Part shown: positions 45,081 through 58,400 of the stretch, piece after piece
Layout: each line of letters starts with the position of its first letter
Position numbering within the stretch: the stretch's first letter is position 1
Assembly: GCF_001194135.2 (NCBI RefSeq)
Contig: NC_068986.1
Span: 21,489,540 to 21,553,539, forward strand
From: Octopus bimaculoides
Lineage: Eukaryota
DNA length: 64,000 bases
Direction: 5' to 3'
The notes under the pieces: model-generated
The model's database searches: none
The model's input: only the letters and a program-made list of their open reading frames with translations
Told to the model about the DNA's origin: nothing
Position numbers and translations under genes: made by a program

Positions 45081-46329
45081 CGATGCCACCAAAGAAAGAG
45101 CCTAGCAGCTGAAACTAGTTCAAATTGCCTACGGTCGATAAGAAACTACAAATGGAACCCTGCTGCAGGTGAAAGGTAATTCAGATCTCGCTGTCCCACT
45201 CAGGCGAAGCGTACAGGCTAAGGGACAAAACGCTTATGACCCTGAGATACCTAATGATGATACAGAATTGTCTCCAACATTGCGATGGATTTAGAACTTG
45301 CAAAAACCTCTGAGTAACTCCTGCAATTTTTGTTAGAGCAAAGCATCTCCGTTGTTTATTTCTCTTGAACCAGTTATATACTATTTATAGAAATTATCAA
45401 CTATATCCCCTCCAAGTATCCTATTCAATGAAATATTTTCTGATCTGTTTAAGTATGTTAATTTAGTTGTTTTTCTTTCTCCCGGTGAAGGAAATGCAGA
45501 AAATAGTCAAGTGCTTCTTGGCGATCTGAACTACAAAAATACTTTTAGATTTGCAGGTTTACCTCTGAATTATATAAAAAGAATGATTACTGAGGCAAGC
45601 ATCCTACTACATGCTAAAACTGTTTTTGTGGGATAATAAATTAAATCCACTTTAGTTAAATAAGCCGTACTAACAAGAAAATAACATTAATAAAAATTTT
45701 TTAAAAACACATTAATATTCATAGCGTAGGCGTGACTGTGTGGTTAAGAAGCTAACTTCCCTACCATGTGGCTCTGGGTTCAGTTCCGTTGGGTAGCATC
45801 TTGGGCGACAGTAAAGAATACACACACCTGGTGTTTAGGATTAGGGTTTTTGTTGCGCCGAAAATGGGTGATGTGCGTATTTTTTACCTTCACTGCATGT
45901 AGTATAATTAATTGATAAAGGAAATATGGCATGATAATCATAGCAAAATAGCCAGTGTCCACTTATTGCAAATTAAAACTTCTGCTATGCATATCAGGAT
46001 TTAAAAGATTTTCCAAGTTAACTTGTTTCTACGTAATTTAATTTATTAAATAATGTATTAATGTATTAAATAAAACTTCTGGCTATTTAATGTAACAGAT
46101 CTCTGCTAGAGTGTTGCTTTCAAGAGAAATTATATAATCTTGTTTTGTTCAGACGAAAGTTGGATATTGATGTATAAGTTGTCATTTGATCATCTTTTCA
46201 TACTGGCATGAGTTAGAGAGTTCACAATTTTGCATTTGGCCGGGCATCCAGCTGTAAAAACTATGCCAAAGCAGACAGTGAAGCTTGGCATAGTCGTTTG
46301 GCTTACCAGCTCCTGTCAAACTGTACAAA

Positions 46330-46800
46330 ACACATGGCCATATCAGCACAGTCACCTCTCTTGCACACCACATTTGATGCTTCTTACGTCCAACTTTTCT
46401 CTCAGGGCACTCACACTCTGCTGTGTATGCACACTGACATTACACATCCAGCGGATCATACTAGCTTCATTTCTTTCAAGCCTACGCATGTACTCAGCAT
46501 TCATGGTCCATTTTTCACTGCTGTGTAGCAAGGCAGTTTGCACACATGCATCATACAGTCTACCTTTCACTTTGAGAGCGAGAGGCCCTTAGTTGCCAGC
46601 AGAGGTAGGAGCTCCCTGAACTTTACCCAGGCTATTCTTACCCTAGTCACTACACTTTCAGAGCAACCACCCCCATTACAAACTTGGTTGCCTAGGTAGC
46701 AGAAGCTATTAACTACTTCTAGTTTCTCCCCCTGGCATGTGATAGAATCAGTTTCCTGTACATCTTCAGTGTTTATTGTCCCAGTGCATCTGCCACACAA
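46330..46800 (-). mobile_element. RTE LINE RT C-terminal relic
   Basis: GEKLEVVNSFCYLG..GGGCSESV..RVRIAWVKFRELLPLL and KGRLYDACVQTALLHSSEKW..RRLERNEASMIRWMC. Confidence 0.88.
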
Positions 46801-47236
46801 AGACTATTTTCCCGGTTAACCTTCCTAAGGCCAGCAATTTCAGTGGAGTGAGGGGCAAGCAGATTACATTGACCCCAGTACTCAAATTATATTTATTTTA
46901 CTGACCCCCCAAAAGAACAAAAGGCAAAGTTGATCTCGGTGGAATTTAAACAAAGAATATGAAGACAGATGAGATGAAGCTAATCCTTTTTGCCTGGCAT
47001 GCTAACGATTCTGCCAGCTGGGCACCTTACAGATATTCATTATTAGTGATAATTAAACAGTATTAATTGAAAATTAGCCTATCTGCAAACATACTTGAAA
47101 GCCTTACTAAGCTGCAGTATTCATCTTATCTCAGCGAGGATATTTGCTGCTGAAGAAGCTAACAAGCAGAAATCTAGATCCAGCAATTCCATCTCCAATG
47201 CATGGCAACCTTTGCTTGATGCTGATATTTTGTTGT

Positions 47237-47710
47237 TTTCTGACACTCCGTCTCTTTAATAGATACTTTCTCAAGACAAATTCTGCAGTAAAACCTTTCA
47301 ATGTATACAAATTGCTAATTTTGAACTAACACTGCTTCTATCACTAGTAATGAAACACTATATTTTCCTGTTTTATTTTCAGAAAAAATGCCAGTTACTT
47401 GGCATCACAGTTTTGCTCCTTCAGTCTCTTCCATTTGTTCCTCCTTAAGAAAGAACTATTCTCACATTGAGGCAAAGACAGGCTTAGATGTCTACTTCAT
47501 AAAAGAACTGGTCTGTTTCATTGAATCAGAATTTAAAGAAGTAGATGAAGATGATCATGAGCAGAGATTCATTGTATTTCAAAGAGCATTTAATATGGTT
47601 TGCAATATATATATTTCTACTTTCTAACACTTCATCTCTATAATAGATACTTTCTCAAGACAAATACACTTTAAGTATGTATACAGATTACTAATTTTGA
47701 ACTAATACTG
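47237..47710. repeat. Direct repeat of about 90-95 bp flanking the first CLHC1 coding exon (47237-47334 and 47622-47710)
   Basis: taatagatactttctcaagacaaa and ctaattttgaactaa occur in both copies. Confidence 0.85.
47388..47597 (+). CDS. CLHC1: CLHC1 coding exon 1 (MPVTWHH...QRFIVFQRAFNM)
   Basis: Acceptor at 47381-47382, ATG 5 nt in, donor GTTTGC, phase 0. Confidence 0.8.
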
Positions 47711-50700
47711 ATATGAAGGCATATGGCTCAGTGGTTAGACCATTGAGCTCACAATCACAAAGTAGTGAGTTCAATTCTTGTATCAGGTTGTGTTCTTGAG
47801 CAAGACACTTTATTTCAAGTTGCTCCAGTTAACTCATCTGTAGAAATGAGTTTTAATGTCACTGGTGCCAAGCTGTATCAGTCTTTGCCTTTCCCTTGAG
47901 TAACATCAGTGGCATGGAGAAGAGAGGTTGGTATGCATGGGCGACTGCTGGTCTTCCATGGACAACCTTGCCCAGACTTGTACCTTGGAGGGGAACTTTC
48001 TAGGTGCAATCCCATGGTCATTCATGACCGAAAGGGGTCATTACCCTTTTTATATATTGATACATTTTCATTGAAAATTATTATCATTTTATTATGTATT
48101 TATTTCATTACACTGCATTAATTGTATTTGTCCCTTGCCATTGCCCAGTGACAAGATGCAAATCAGTTTATGTATAATCGACCGAGACCTTTGGAAATGT
48201 GCTGTGCGTGAGAAGACCCGGCAAGCCAAGTAAGATCGTTGCCAGTGCCCCTGGACTGGTTCTTGTGCGGGTGGCACATGAGATGCACCATTTTGAGCGT
48301 GGCCGTTGCCAGTACCGCCTGACTGGCTCCTGTAGGATTTTCGAGCGAGATCGTTGCCAGTGCCCCTGGACTGGCTTGTGCGGGTGGCACATAAAAGACA
48401 CCATTTCGAGCCTGGCCGTTTTCGTGCGGGTGACACGTAAAAGCACCCACTACACTCTCTGAGTGGTTGGCGTTAGGAAGGGCATCCAGCTGTAGAAACT
48501 CTGCCAAATCAGACTGGAGCCTGGTGTTGCCATCCGGTTTCACCAGTCCTCAGTCAAATCGTCCAACCCATGCTAGCATGGAAAGCGGACGTTAAACGAT
48601 GATGATGATGATGATGATGATTAAAACAACAAGAAATTGTTAATCACAAAAAAATTCTTTTCATTATTTTGAAATAGGAATAGTTTTATAAAATGTCATT
48701 AAATAGTATAAAGGTATATAAAACTCTATCTTCAGATATTCATTGCTTGACTTGTCAATGTAACATGACATCTCTTTCCAGCCCTACCTGATCCCTCCCA
48801 TCCTCTCTTCTCAAATGTAAGAAATCATGTAGCTTCTTTATAACAAGAAACACCTGTTTTGCTCTGTTCCTTTCTCAAAGTTTAATCTCCTAGCATACAG
48901 TCACTCATCTCAGGGTTTGTAGTCTTGCATGGCACCCAGTAACCTCACTAGTGCTCACTGGTAACAGCAAAAGCACCCAGTACTTACTGTAAAGTGGTTG
49001 GCATTAGGAAAGGCATTCAGCTGTAGAAACCCTGCCAAAGCAAACCCTGAAATCTGATGCAGTTCTTGGATCAAATATATCCTGTCAAACTATCCAGTCC
49101 ATGCATGCATAGAACATAGATGTTTAATGATGTTGATGATAATCTCCTCCAGCAATCACTGTACTTAAAAAGCATTAGGTTTTACAGATGTTTCCATGTG
49201 TTGTAATTACAAACAATAATCAATATTACATAATTAATGTAGAGTATATCTATTCAAGAGCAAAAGTTCATTTTTCTTTCTAAATGTAAAATATATTTAT
49301 CTCAAATTTCTACAGAACTACTTGATTTGTATCAGAAAATAGAAGAAAACACATTTTTGACAAAATTTAATTTGTACCAATCAGATTTTTTATTTAAATC
49401 TAACCATTTTGCTTAAATTTCAGGTAATTGAACATGTCCAAAATTATAAATTACTCTTGACATCAATAAAAAAAGAATACGAAGATGTGATTGAGACTCT
49501 TCGCTATGCCAAACAACGAAATCCGACACTCAAAACCCAAATAATTAGATTATCTACTCAGGGTTCAACAATTCACAATTTTAAAGTGAGAATTTACCAG
49601 CTTCAAGAATTGTAAGTTATAATCTTCCAGATTTAGAAAATAGACAGACATAGTTTTATGGGTAGTACTCTTTTACTCTTTTTTACTCTTTTACTTGTTT
49701 CAGCCATTTTGACTGCGCTCATGCTGGAGAACCGCCTTTTAGTCGAGCAAATCGAGCCCAGGACTTATTCTTTGGAAGCCTAGTACTTATTCTATCGGTC
49801 TCTTTTGCCGAACCGCTAAGTTACGGGGACGTAAACACACCAGTATCGATTGTCAAGCAATGTTGGGGGGACAAACACAGACACACAAACATATACACAC
49901 ACATACATACATATGTATATATATATATATACATATATACAACAGGCTTCTTTCAGTTTCTGTCATCGAAATCCACTCACAAGGCTTTGGTCAGCCTGAG
50001 GCTATAGTAGAAGACACTTGCCCAAGGTGTCACGCAGTAGGACTGAACCCAGAACCATGTGGTTGGTAAGCAAGCTACTTACCACACAGCCACTCCTGTG
50101 CCTATAGTACGATTATTATTATTATTATTATTATTATATAAAAAAACGTGTTGTTACACTTAGATGTGCATGCTTGCATTTATTTTGGTTAATCCTCTCT
50201 GCACAGATTAAGTTTTTGCTGATAATGTAATATGTAAATCAGTTCTTGTAACCACTTTCTTTTGATCAGTCAACATAAAATGTGTATACTATGCTATTTT
50301 CCAGTGGAGTTATGATAATCTTTGTCTCTTTTGACCCCATAAAGACACAATTTCCAGCACATGTAAAAAATACAATTTTGTACTTCATGCTGGTATGGAT
50401 TGGACAGTTTGAAACTATCCAATGTATCCAAGGACTGCATCAAGCTCCAATGTCTGTTTTAGCATGGCTTTTACTGTGACATGCTCTTCTGAATGCCAAT
50501 CATTTTACAGCAGAGACTGGGTGCTTTTTTGTGCTACCTGTATTATTGAGGTCGCCATACAGTTTGAAGGACTACATGCCCTGGAAGAAGTGGGAGAGGT
50601 ATGTGTGTGTGTATGTGGAAGGGGAGTCGGTTTCATACCAGGAGATGAGGGGTAGGGGCTGAGCAGGTTCCTGTGGAGGGATCTGCATGAAAGCGACATT

Positions 50701-51210
50701 CTTTTGGATAAAATAAAAAGAGCATTTTTTCATTGAATAGTGTCTGATTTATTTTGTAGACTAGCTATACAGAGAGGTCATAACAAAAACCTTGAAAAGA
50801 AACGAGATGAATTATTCAATAGAAGCCCAGATTGTCTGAAATTTATGGAAAAAAAGAACCAAACAAATGAAAAGGGCTTGGATAAACGAGTGATTCCAGG
50901 TGAGTTTATTTATTTTTTTCTAATTTTTTAAAATATTTATTTTAATCAATAATGAAAAATTCTTAATCTCTAACTCATCACACACCCCGTCAGGGGTGTC
51001 ACAAAGTAAACCAGGCCTTGCCGTCCACTAAAGAAAACACATAGTAAATAATCCATAAGCACTCAACCAAACTGAGTTGTCAACTTGTTCCATTTGCCAA
51101 AAGGTTTGCAAGGCACCAGCAGGCCTCAGGAGACATGTTTGTGTCCATAGAACATGATAATGCTTTAATTTACTGAACTCTCATTTGCTGTTCACAACAA
51201 GAGAATCCAT

Positions 51211-51278
<68 letters not shown>

Positions 51279-54200
51279 AGTGGTTATATATATATATATG
51301 TGTGTGTAGTGGTTAGGATTCCTGGCTTTTACCCAGGCAGCCCGGGTTCGATTCCTGGCATGGAAATGCATGCTTTATAGGCACAGGAGTGGCTGTGTGG
51401 TAAGTAGCTTGCTTACAAAACATATGGTTCTGGGTTCAGTCCCACTGCATAGCACTTTGAGCAAGTGTCTTCTGCTATAGCCTTGAGTCAACCAAAGCCA
51501 TGTGAGTGGATTTAGTAGGGGAAAACTACAAGAATCCCATTGTGTGTGTCTGTGTTTGGCCCCCCACTGCCACTTGACAACCGATGTTGGTGTGTCTACG
51601 TCCCCGTAGCTTAGCGGTTCAGCAAAAGAGACTGATAGAATAAGTACTAGGCTTACAAAGAATAAATTCTAGGGTCACTTTGTTTGACTTAAGGTGGTGC
51701 TCCAGCATGGCCGCAGTCAAATGACTGAAACAAAAGAGTAAAAGAGAAATACACACACACACACACACACACTGATGCGCACAGGCATGGCTATGTAGTA
51801 AGAAGTTTGCTTCCTAACTACAAAGTTCCAGGTTCATTCCCACTGCATGACACTTTGGACAAGTGTCTTCTTCTATAGCCCTGGGCTTACCAAAGCCTTG
51901 TGAGTGGATATGGTAGATAGAAATGAAAAGAAGCTCATTGTGTGTGTGTGGGTGTTTTTATCACCTTGTTTTGATATTGTGTGGTAGTTGTAAGTGCCAC
52001 TGTCATGTAAGCAGTGTCATTCATTTCCAATATTTTGTGTTAAGATATCTGGCAACAGAAAATTTGTCTCAAGAAATCATATCCATCCAACCCATGCAAG
52101 TATGGAAAAATGGATGTTAAAAGGATGATGATGATATCTTATTTTAGAGAAAGACGATAAATAAATTCGTATTTGGAATAACGTATTAAGATTTTTTTGT
52201 TATATTACATAACTTTATTCATATCTGGTTTCTGAAATCTGTTCATATGTTATCCATTTCTATATAATCATTTTTCCCTAGGTATCACACTTGAGCAGTC
52301 TACAGATGTAAATTATCTGAATTCTATTTTAAAGAAAGTAACCAGGTGTGTGAAAGACATGAATTTAAAATTAAAGACAAAATATGTTCCAAAATCTGAG
52401 AAGCACAAATTGAAGAACTTATTGAAAGCAAAGATAACAGAAAGAGACCAGTTGATTAATGAAGGCCATTACTTGAAGGCCAAAAGGCAAAGAATCAAAG
52501 TTGGCTATGAAGCAGCACTGGCATATAATGACATACGACCTCCCCATTGGTCTGTTGGTGACATTGTGGCACACGCTTTGCGTTTATCTGTTGATACCAC
52601 AATTGATGAAAAAGGTCTGTTTTAAGAATTTTTCTCTTTTTTGTTTTGCATTTCTGCATTTCAATTCATGTCCTCAAAATCAATGAAACAATTTGTTTTA
52701 CTCTCACTTTACAGTTTCTTACTGTATAGTGGAAACTGTAGAGAGTGGGAGTGTCCCATCCTCATTTGTTTAACATCCATGTTCCATGTTGGCATGGGTT
52801 AGCTAAACATTTATGAAAATCATTTCTGGCCATGAGGAAATATTACCCTGCTTTTGGAAACAGGTGAGGGTTGGCAAAAGGAAGAGCATTTGGCCATAGA
52901 ATATCTGCCTCAACAAATTCCCTGTGACCAATGCAAGCACAGAAAAGAGTATATTCTAGGTTATAGAGCTTGCAATACAGGTTCAGTTTTGGGTTGAGCT
53001 ATTTCATTTCAGAGATGTATTTGTCTGGCAAGTGACTTAATCTGAGACAGTTTGTTGAAGCTAAAACAATTACAGTGATGAAGACACATGTTAACCATTC
53101 AGATGTACTCAAAAACTGTTAACTTCATTTAAACATTATTTGATGAAAATTTTGACACCAAATAATAAATATTTAAGTGAAGTTAACAGTTTTTGTGTGT
53201 TTTTGAATGGCTCTGGAGGTACCAGAGTATGCAGTAAGTGAAAATACTGGAGGTGCAAGTGAAGTGGTGGTGGATTTCATCACATCCATGGTATACCAGA
53301 GTTCATCTTAAATTTTCAAAGCATCGAGTGTTTGAGAGGCATGTCTTGTCCTGCACATGATTTCAGTTCTTTGCAGGATTTATCTTTGGGTTGATTTAAG
53401 TTCAGGTTTTCAAGCTAATAAGATAGTTACAGTGTTTTCTCTGCTTACACTAATAGATTTTACCTTGCCATAGTACATGCAGCCTCATTTATCACTAATT
53501 TGTTCATCACTGATCCAACATGACACAGTACATTCAATTATGAACCATGTTACACTTATCTCAGATTGATCTGTGATAACATGGATCAGTCAAAGATTTT
53601 GCATGTACCCCAAAATTAACCCCCAGAGCTCAGTTACCTAAAATGCACTGACTATTGGTTGTGTATACTTGACCATGCTGCAATGCTACATATTTTTTAT
53701 ATGAATTTATGTACTCATACCCATCAACGTGAGATAAGGGAATAGAAAAAAATGCAAAGTTGCCTGATCGTAATAAATGATGCAGATAAGTATTTTCTCT
53801 ACAGGGAAAAGGTAGAGAAGATTGAGAAAATATGTGACAATGGTAGCTTCACTGCTGTGGGTTGTGAGTTTGAAATCAATGAATTTACCATTTGTTCTGT
53901 TTACAAAGTGCATGAAGATAATTCATTTATTGCTATTTTCTTTTAACCAAACCCCGGTGATAAACGATGACAGATGTACTAGTTTTAATTTAGGAATATT
54001 TGGCAGTGAATATTGTATCTCTTGGCAAAACATTCTTCATTAAAATAAATACATCTGTGATTAAATGTTTAAGTAAGTTACTAGTATTTAAAAAGATATT
54101 ATTTATCCAATAATACAATTTTAAATAGATTCTTAAAAACTGAATCATTTGTATATATTGTGTATTTTAGACAACACATTGTATGCAGTGGCCACCAGCA

Positions 54201-55365
54201 CTGTAAAAGTATTACAAGAACCAGAACCAGATGATGAAAAAGAGGCTGAACTTATGTTGGAGAACATTGAAATATTTAATGAAATGTTTGAAAACCTACT
54301 TTACGCCGAAGCTGCAATGCATGCTGCTGTCTGCCCCAAAGGCATTTTACGCACAATGGCTACATTTCAGAGATTCAAAGGTCTGTTGAATGATTTTCTA
54401 CACTGCAAATGATTACCTAAGACTAACAATTTTAAGATCATTGCATTGAGTTACCAATAAAAAAAAAGTTTAAATATATACCCATGCCAGCATGGATAAT
54501 GTTAAATAATTATGATAACGATGATGATTCTATGGTCCTGGTACCAAGACACTTTGGAGAATTATAGGTTATCACTGAATCTTTTCAGTTAGCCAGCCAA
54601 TTTTCAAAAATTTAAAATTTATTGAAAATGTAGTTTTCCAAGCTGAATCTCAGGAGATATTTCACATTTTCTGGAAAAATTTTTTTAAAGTTATAGAGGT
54701 TTAAAGTTTGATAATTTTCACCTAGTCAGAAAATAGGATTTGGAAGCTGTCATTTTGTGTGTGACAGCATGTGTTGTCAACAAATTAAATTGGAAAACAA
54801 ATCAAATCTTGCTTTATGCCCGCCATATAACCCCTTATAATTTTTTGTATTTTTGGAATTTTCAGATAATTCTTGTGAATTTGTATTCTACGTACAGGAA
54901 TTCATGCAATTATCCAAAAATAAAACAAAAAATTTGTTGGTACATGATTTAAAGCCTATTTGGCTATTATTTTTAGCACATCTGACAGCTATCTCAATGA
55001 GTAAAATATACTTGTCAACATGTGCTTTCTCACCGACAAAAGAGTTCTCATGCTTGGCAGGAATGAATGTGTCTGTGGATTATGATTGGCTAAAGTTACC
55101 CAAAATTTGCAAGATAAGGCGGAGGTAATAATAACAGTAATCCTGTCTAATGTAGACATAAAGCCTGAAATTTTAGGTGAGGTGGTGGTGGGGGGGCTAG
55201 TTGATTACGTCAACCCTAGTGCTCAACTTGTATTTATTTTATCAACCCGCAAAAGGATGAAAGGCAAAGTTGATCTCAGTGGAATTTGAACTCAGAACAT
55301 GATGACAGATGAAATGCCACTAAGCATTTCATCTGGTAGGCTTATGATTCTGCCAGCTCACTGCC

Positions 55366-55404
<39 letters not shown>

Positions 55405-58400
55405 TTAATAATAATAATGATAACAATGTTCTGATGCAATATAAAATAGTGGCTCTCATGGCTCCTGATCTTAACTGATTGGAAGTGTTATCATGTACAT
55501 TGTTTTATCTTGGTATAAAAGATGGACTGCAGCAAGTATTCTGCTCAATACCACAGATTTGCTTGTCAGTTGCTTGACCTTAACCAGTTGAGCATGTCCC
55601 CTTGTAGCTGATGATATGTGCATTCTTGATCATGAAGAGAAGTAGTGGAGAAGCATCATAGCCATGTGTTGAGAGGAATTCTTTGGGGTTTGAATAATTC
55701 ACCTCTGGAAACTTGGGTGTTTCATTCATCATCCTTAAGCAAACCTTATTTAAGGACCTTTCGAGTGGGATGGGCTGCTAGACCTGAAGAAAATTTTAAC
55801 TAGATCCCACCTGAAAGGCTTTATCTTGATATGAGGTCATCATGTCATGCACATGTGGTTGTGATGCATGTGCCTGGTGTGCCCTTATCAGATGGGTAGT
55901 CATGATAGGTATATTGGGCTTCATATATTTGTACCCCAGTGTCACTTTAATGCCAAGCATTGCTCTCTCTCTCACTGAATAATAGTAATAATAATCTTTT
56001 CTTATTTTGGTGCTAGGCCAGCAATTTTTGAGGTGGGGAAGTATTCAAAATCCTCAAGGTTTTTTTTTTAATATTTTCATAGATTTACAGACAGTACCTG
56101 GTGAGCGACCTTCACCATCCTTTATCTTCTGCAAGGCTTTACTCTCAACAGTGGAAGATGAAAACCAAATACCAGATGAAGAAATATCCTTAGAATGTAT
56201 ACGTTGTACTTTAGAAGAAAGAGAGTTTCAATTGCTGTTCTTTTGGTTGTCCCAAAAAAAGTTAGTTCTGAATTATATCATTTTTTTCTGTCATTCATTT
56301 AAAGCAAAGTTTTGTTATTGGTTTTTGCATATTCCATCAGTTTATATCCATGGGCTCTGCATGCAGAGGATGTGTGAAGACGAGAGAAATGAAGCAAGCA
56401 TATTCTGCCAGATATGTAATATTAGTCTGCATGAACTGTGTAGTACAGATGAACTGAAAGATAAACTAGATGTAAAAAGATTCATTTGCAATATGTAAGA
56501 ACAAAGACTGTTGGTATGGACATTTGATGCTTATGGAGGAAAATAGATAGTAAAAAAGTTCTACAATATTCAAGTGGAAGGAAATTGTGGAAGAGAAAGA
56601 TCAAGGGAAACATGGATAGAACTGGTAAAAGTTGGTCTCATTATCTTGAACCTCATGAAAAAAAAAATGATAAAAGAATGTTACAAATGCAGAGATGTGA
56701 TGTTGGAAACAACATTTTGAAGTGAAGTCGTTACAGATTTCTTTAATAATTTTGATTTTGAAATGTTTCTGATTCTGAATTCTTCTTAAGACCTTTGAAG
56801 GTTTTTTTTTTTAGTAGTGACAATATATTTAAATTTACAAAAGTTTTACAAAACTATGTGGTACAGATGAGCAGAGAGATAAACTAGGTATAATAAGATT
56901 CTGTAGTTACATACAAGAATGAAAACTGTGTTGGTATGGACTTTTGTAATGAGATTATCTATCATAATTCTATTATGGTGTGTATTTTTAAATGTATTGT
57001 TTCCAAAATCCCGAAAATAGGTTGTTAGTTGGAGGTAATAATTTGTTCTTCCTTTGATATATTATTTTTAAAAAAAACCCAAAATTCCTTCTCCGATTTG
57101 GGAAAAAGGATGCTTTTAACCAATTACATTTTAGTTTATATTATATGTGAGCTAAATGCACAAATGCACAAATGTACATAATTGCAACCAGAAATTGCTT
57201 CACTCAAATGATTGGCATAAAATCACTCACAGACATGCTCCAACCACTGGCCTACAAATATGCTGTCTCCTCTCTCTGCCTTTTCTACCTCTATTGTAAT
57301 GGCCCCTACTCCTTGCAGCTGGTTAGGCTCATTTCACTTACTACTCAAGTATTCCATCCAACTTGGCCCAGGTCCTGGACTAATCATTGTGCTCACTCCT
57401 TTTGTCTGAGAACATTGGCCCTTTAGAATTCTTTCCCTACACATGTCTTTCTCACTGGCTCAAGAGGAACATTAATGGCATCAATCTTACCAGTCTCAGA
57501 TGACCTGCAAAGGCCATGGACACTGCCCCTTTACAACAAGCAAGAAAAAAAAATTCTCAACTAATTATTTTAATCAAGTTTATTTGTGAGATGAAATAAG
57601 TGAAAATAGCCTGAAAAATATCCGAGTCATTCAAACATTACATGTTGCAATTGGATGAGATCTGTGGCAAAGTTTAACTTCATTAGCTTGTGATCAATTC
57701 TTTACCTTAACCTCTAATGCATCTAGTTTAATATTAATAACATATTCTATATCATTGCAGATTAACAATCACAAAAGCTGCAGGTGATTTGATTAAAGAA
57801 TATTGCAAGTGTTCAATGATCTGTACATGTGGGTGCCTCTCGTTAGCTGAATTTATTTACACACAGTTGGGTCTTTATAAAGAGGCTACTTTCACATTGC
57901 TGAAACAAAACCGCATCATTTATGGTTTATACTATGCCCAATCTCTGGCTGAATTTGAAAGCAGTGACTATGAAGCAGCTTTTGATGCCTGCCCAACTCT
58001 TCAGTTTGCTAGTTCATTGGTATTGAATACTGATTTACAAAGCAATACCATTAAACCATTGATAAGTTTCCCTAGAATGTTTACACTTTTAATTGAAAAA
58101 AACAACATCAACCTTATGCAGACGTTTTGGAGAAAAATTACATACAAAGGTCAGTATGGGTGTTCTTTTATTCTTTTACTTGTTTCAGTCACTACACTAT
58201 GGCCAGGTTGGGGCTTTGTCAATTAAATTGACCCTAGTACTTATTTTAGCATTGGTATTTTTACCAAACTGCTAAGTTGTGGGGCCACAAACAAACGATC
58301 ACTGGCTGTCAAGTGGCAAGAGACAACTACAAAGATTTGCACACACAAACACGTGTGTGTGTTTGTATATATACACATATATACAAACATGCTTGCATAG

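Noticed and set aside
48092-48543. Several overlapping 87-126 aa ORFs and a CRISPR-like periodicity
   Set aside because: This is the minisatellite 3' UTR of an RTE LINE in a eukaryote; units are degenerate, lack unique spacers and have no cas genes.
53752-53946. 64-aa ORF / cryptic CLHC1 exon after ctctacAG
   Set aside because: In the phase required by the flanking exons it hits TAG at once; no motif recognised.
56007-56498. 163-aa ORF as a stand-alone gene
   Set aside because: Only 56083-56260 is exon; the rest is intron and a LINE relic.
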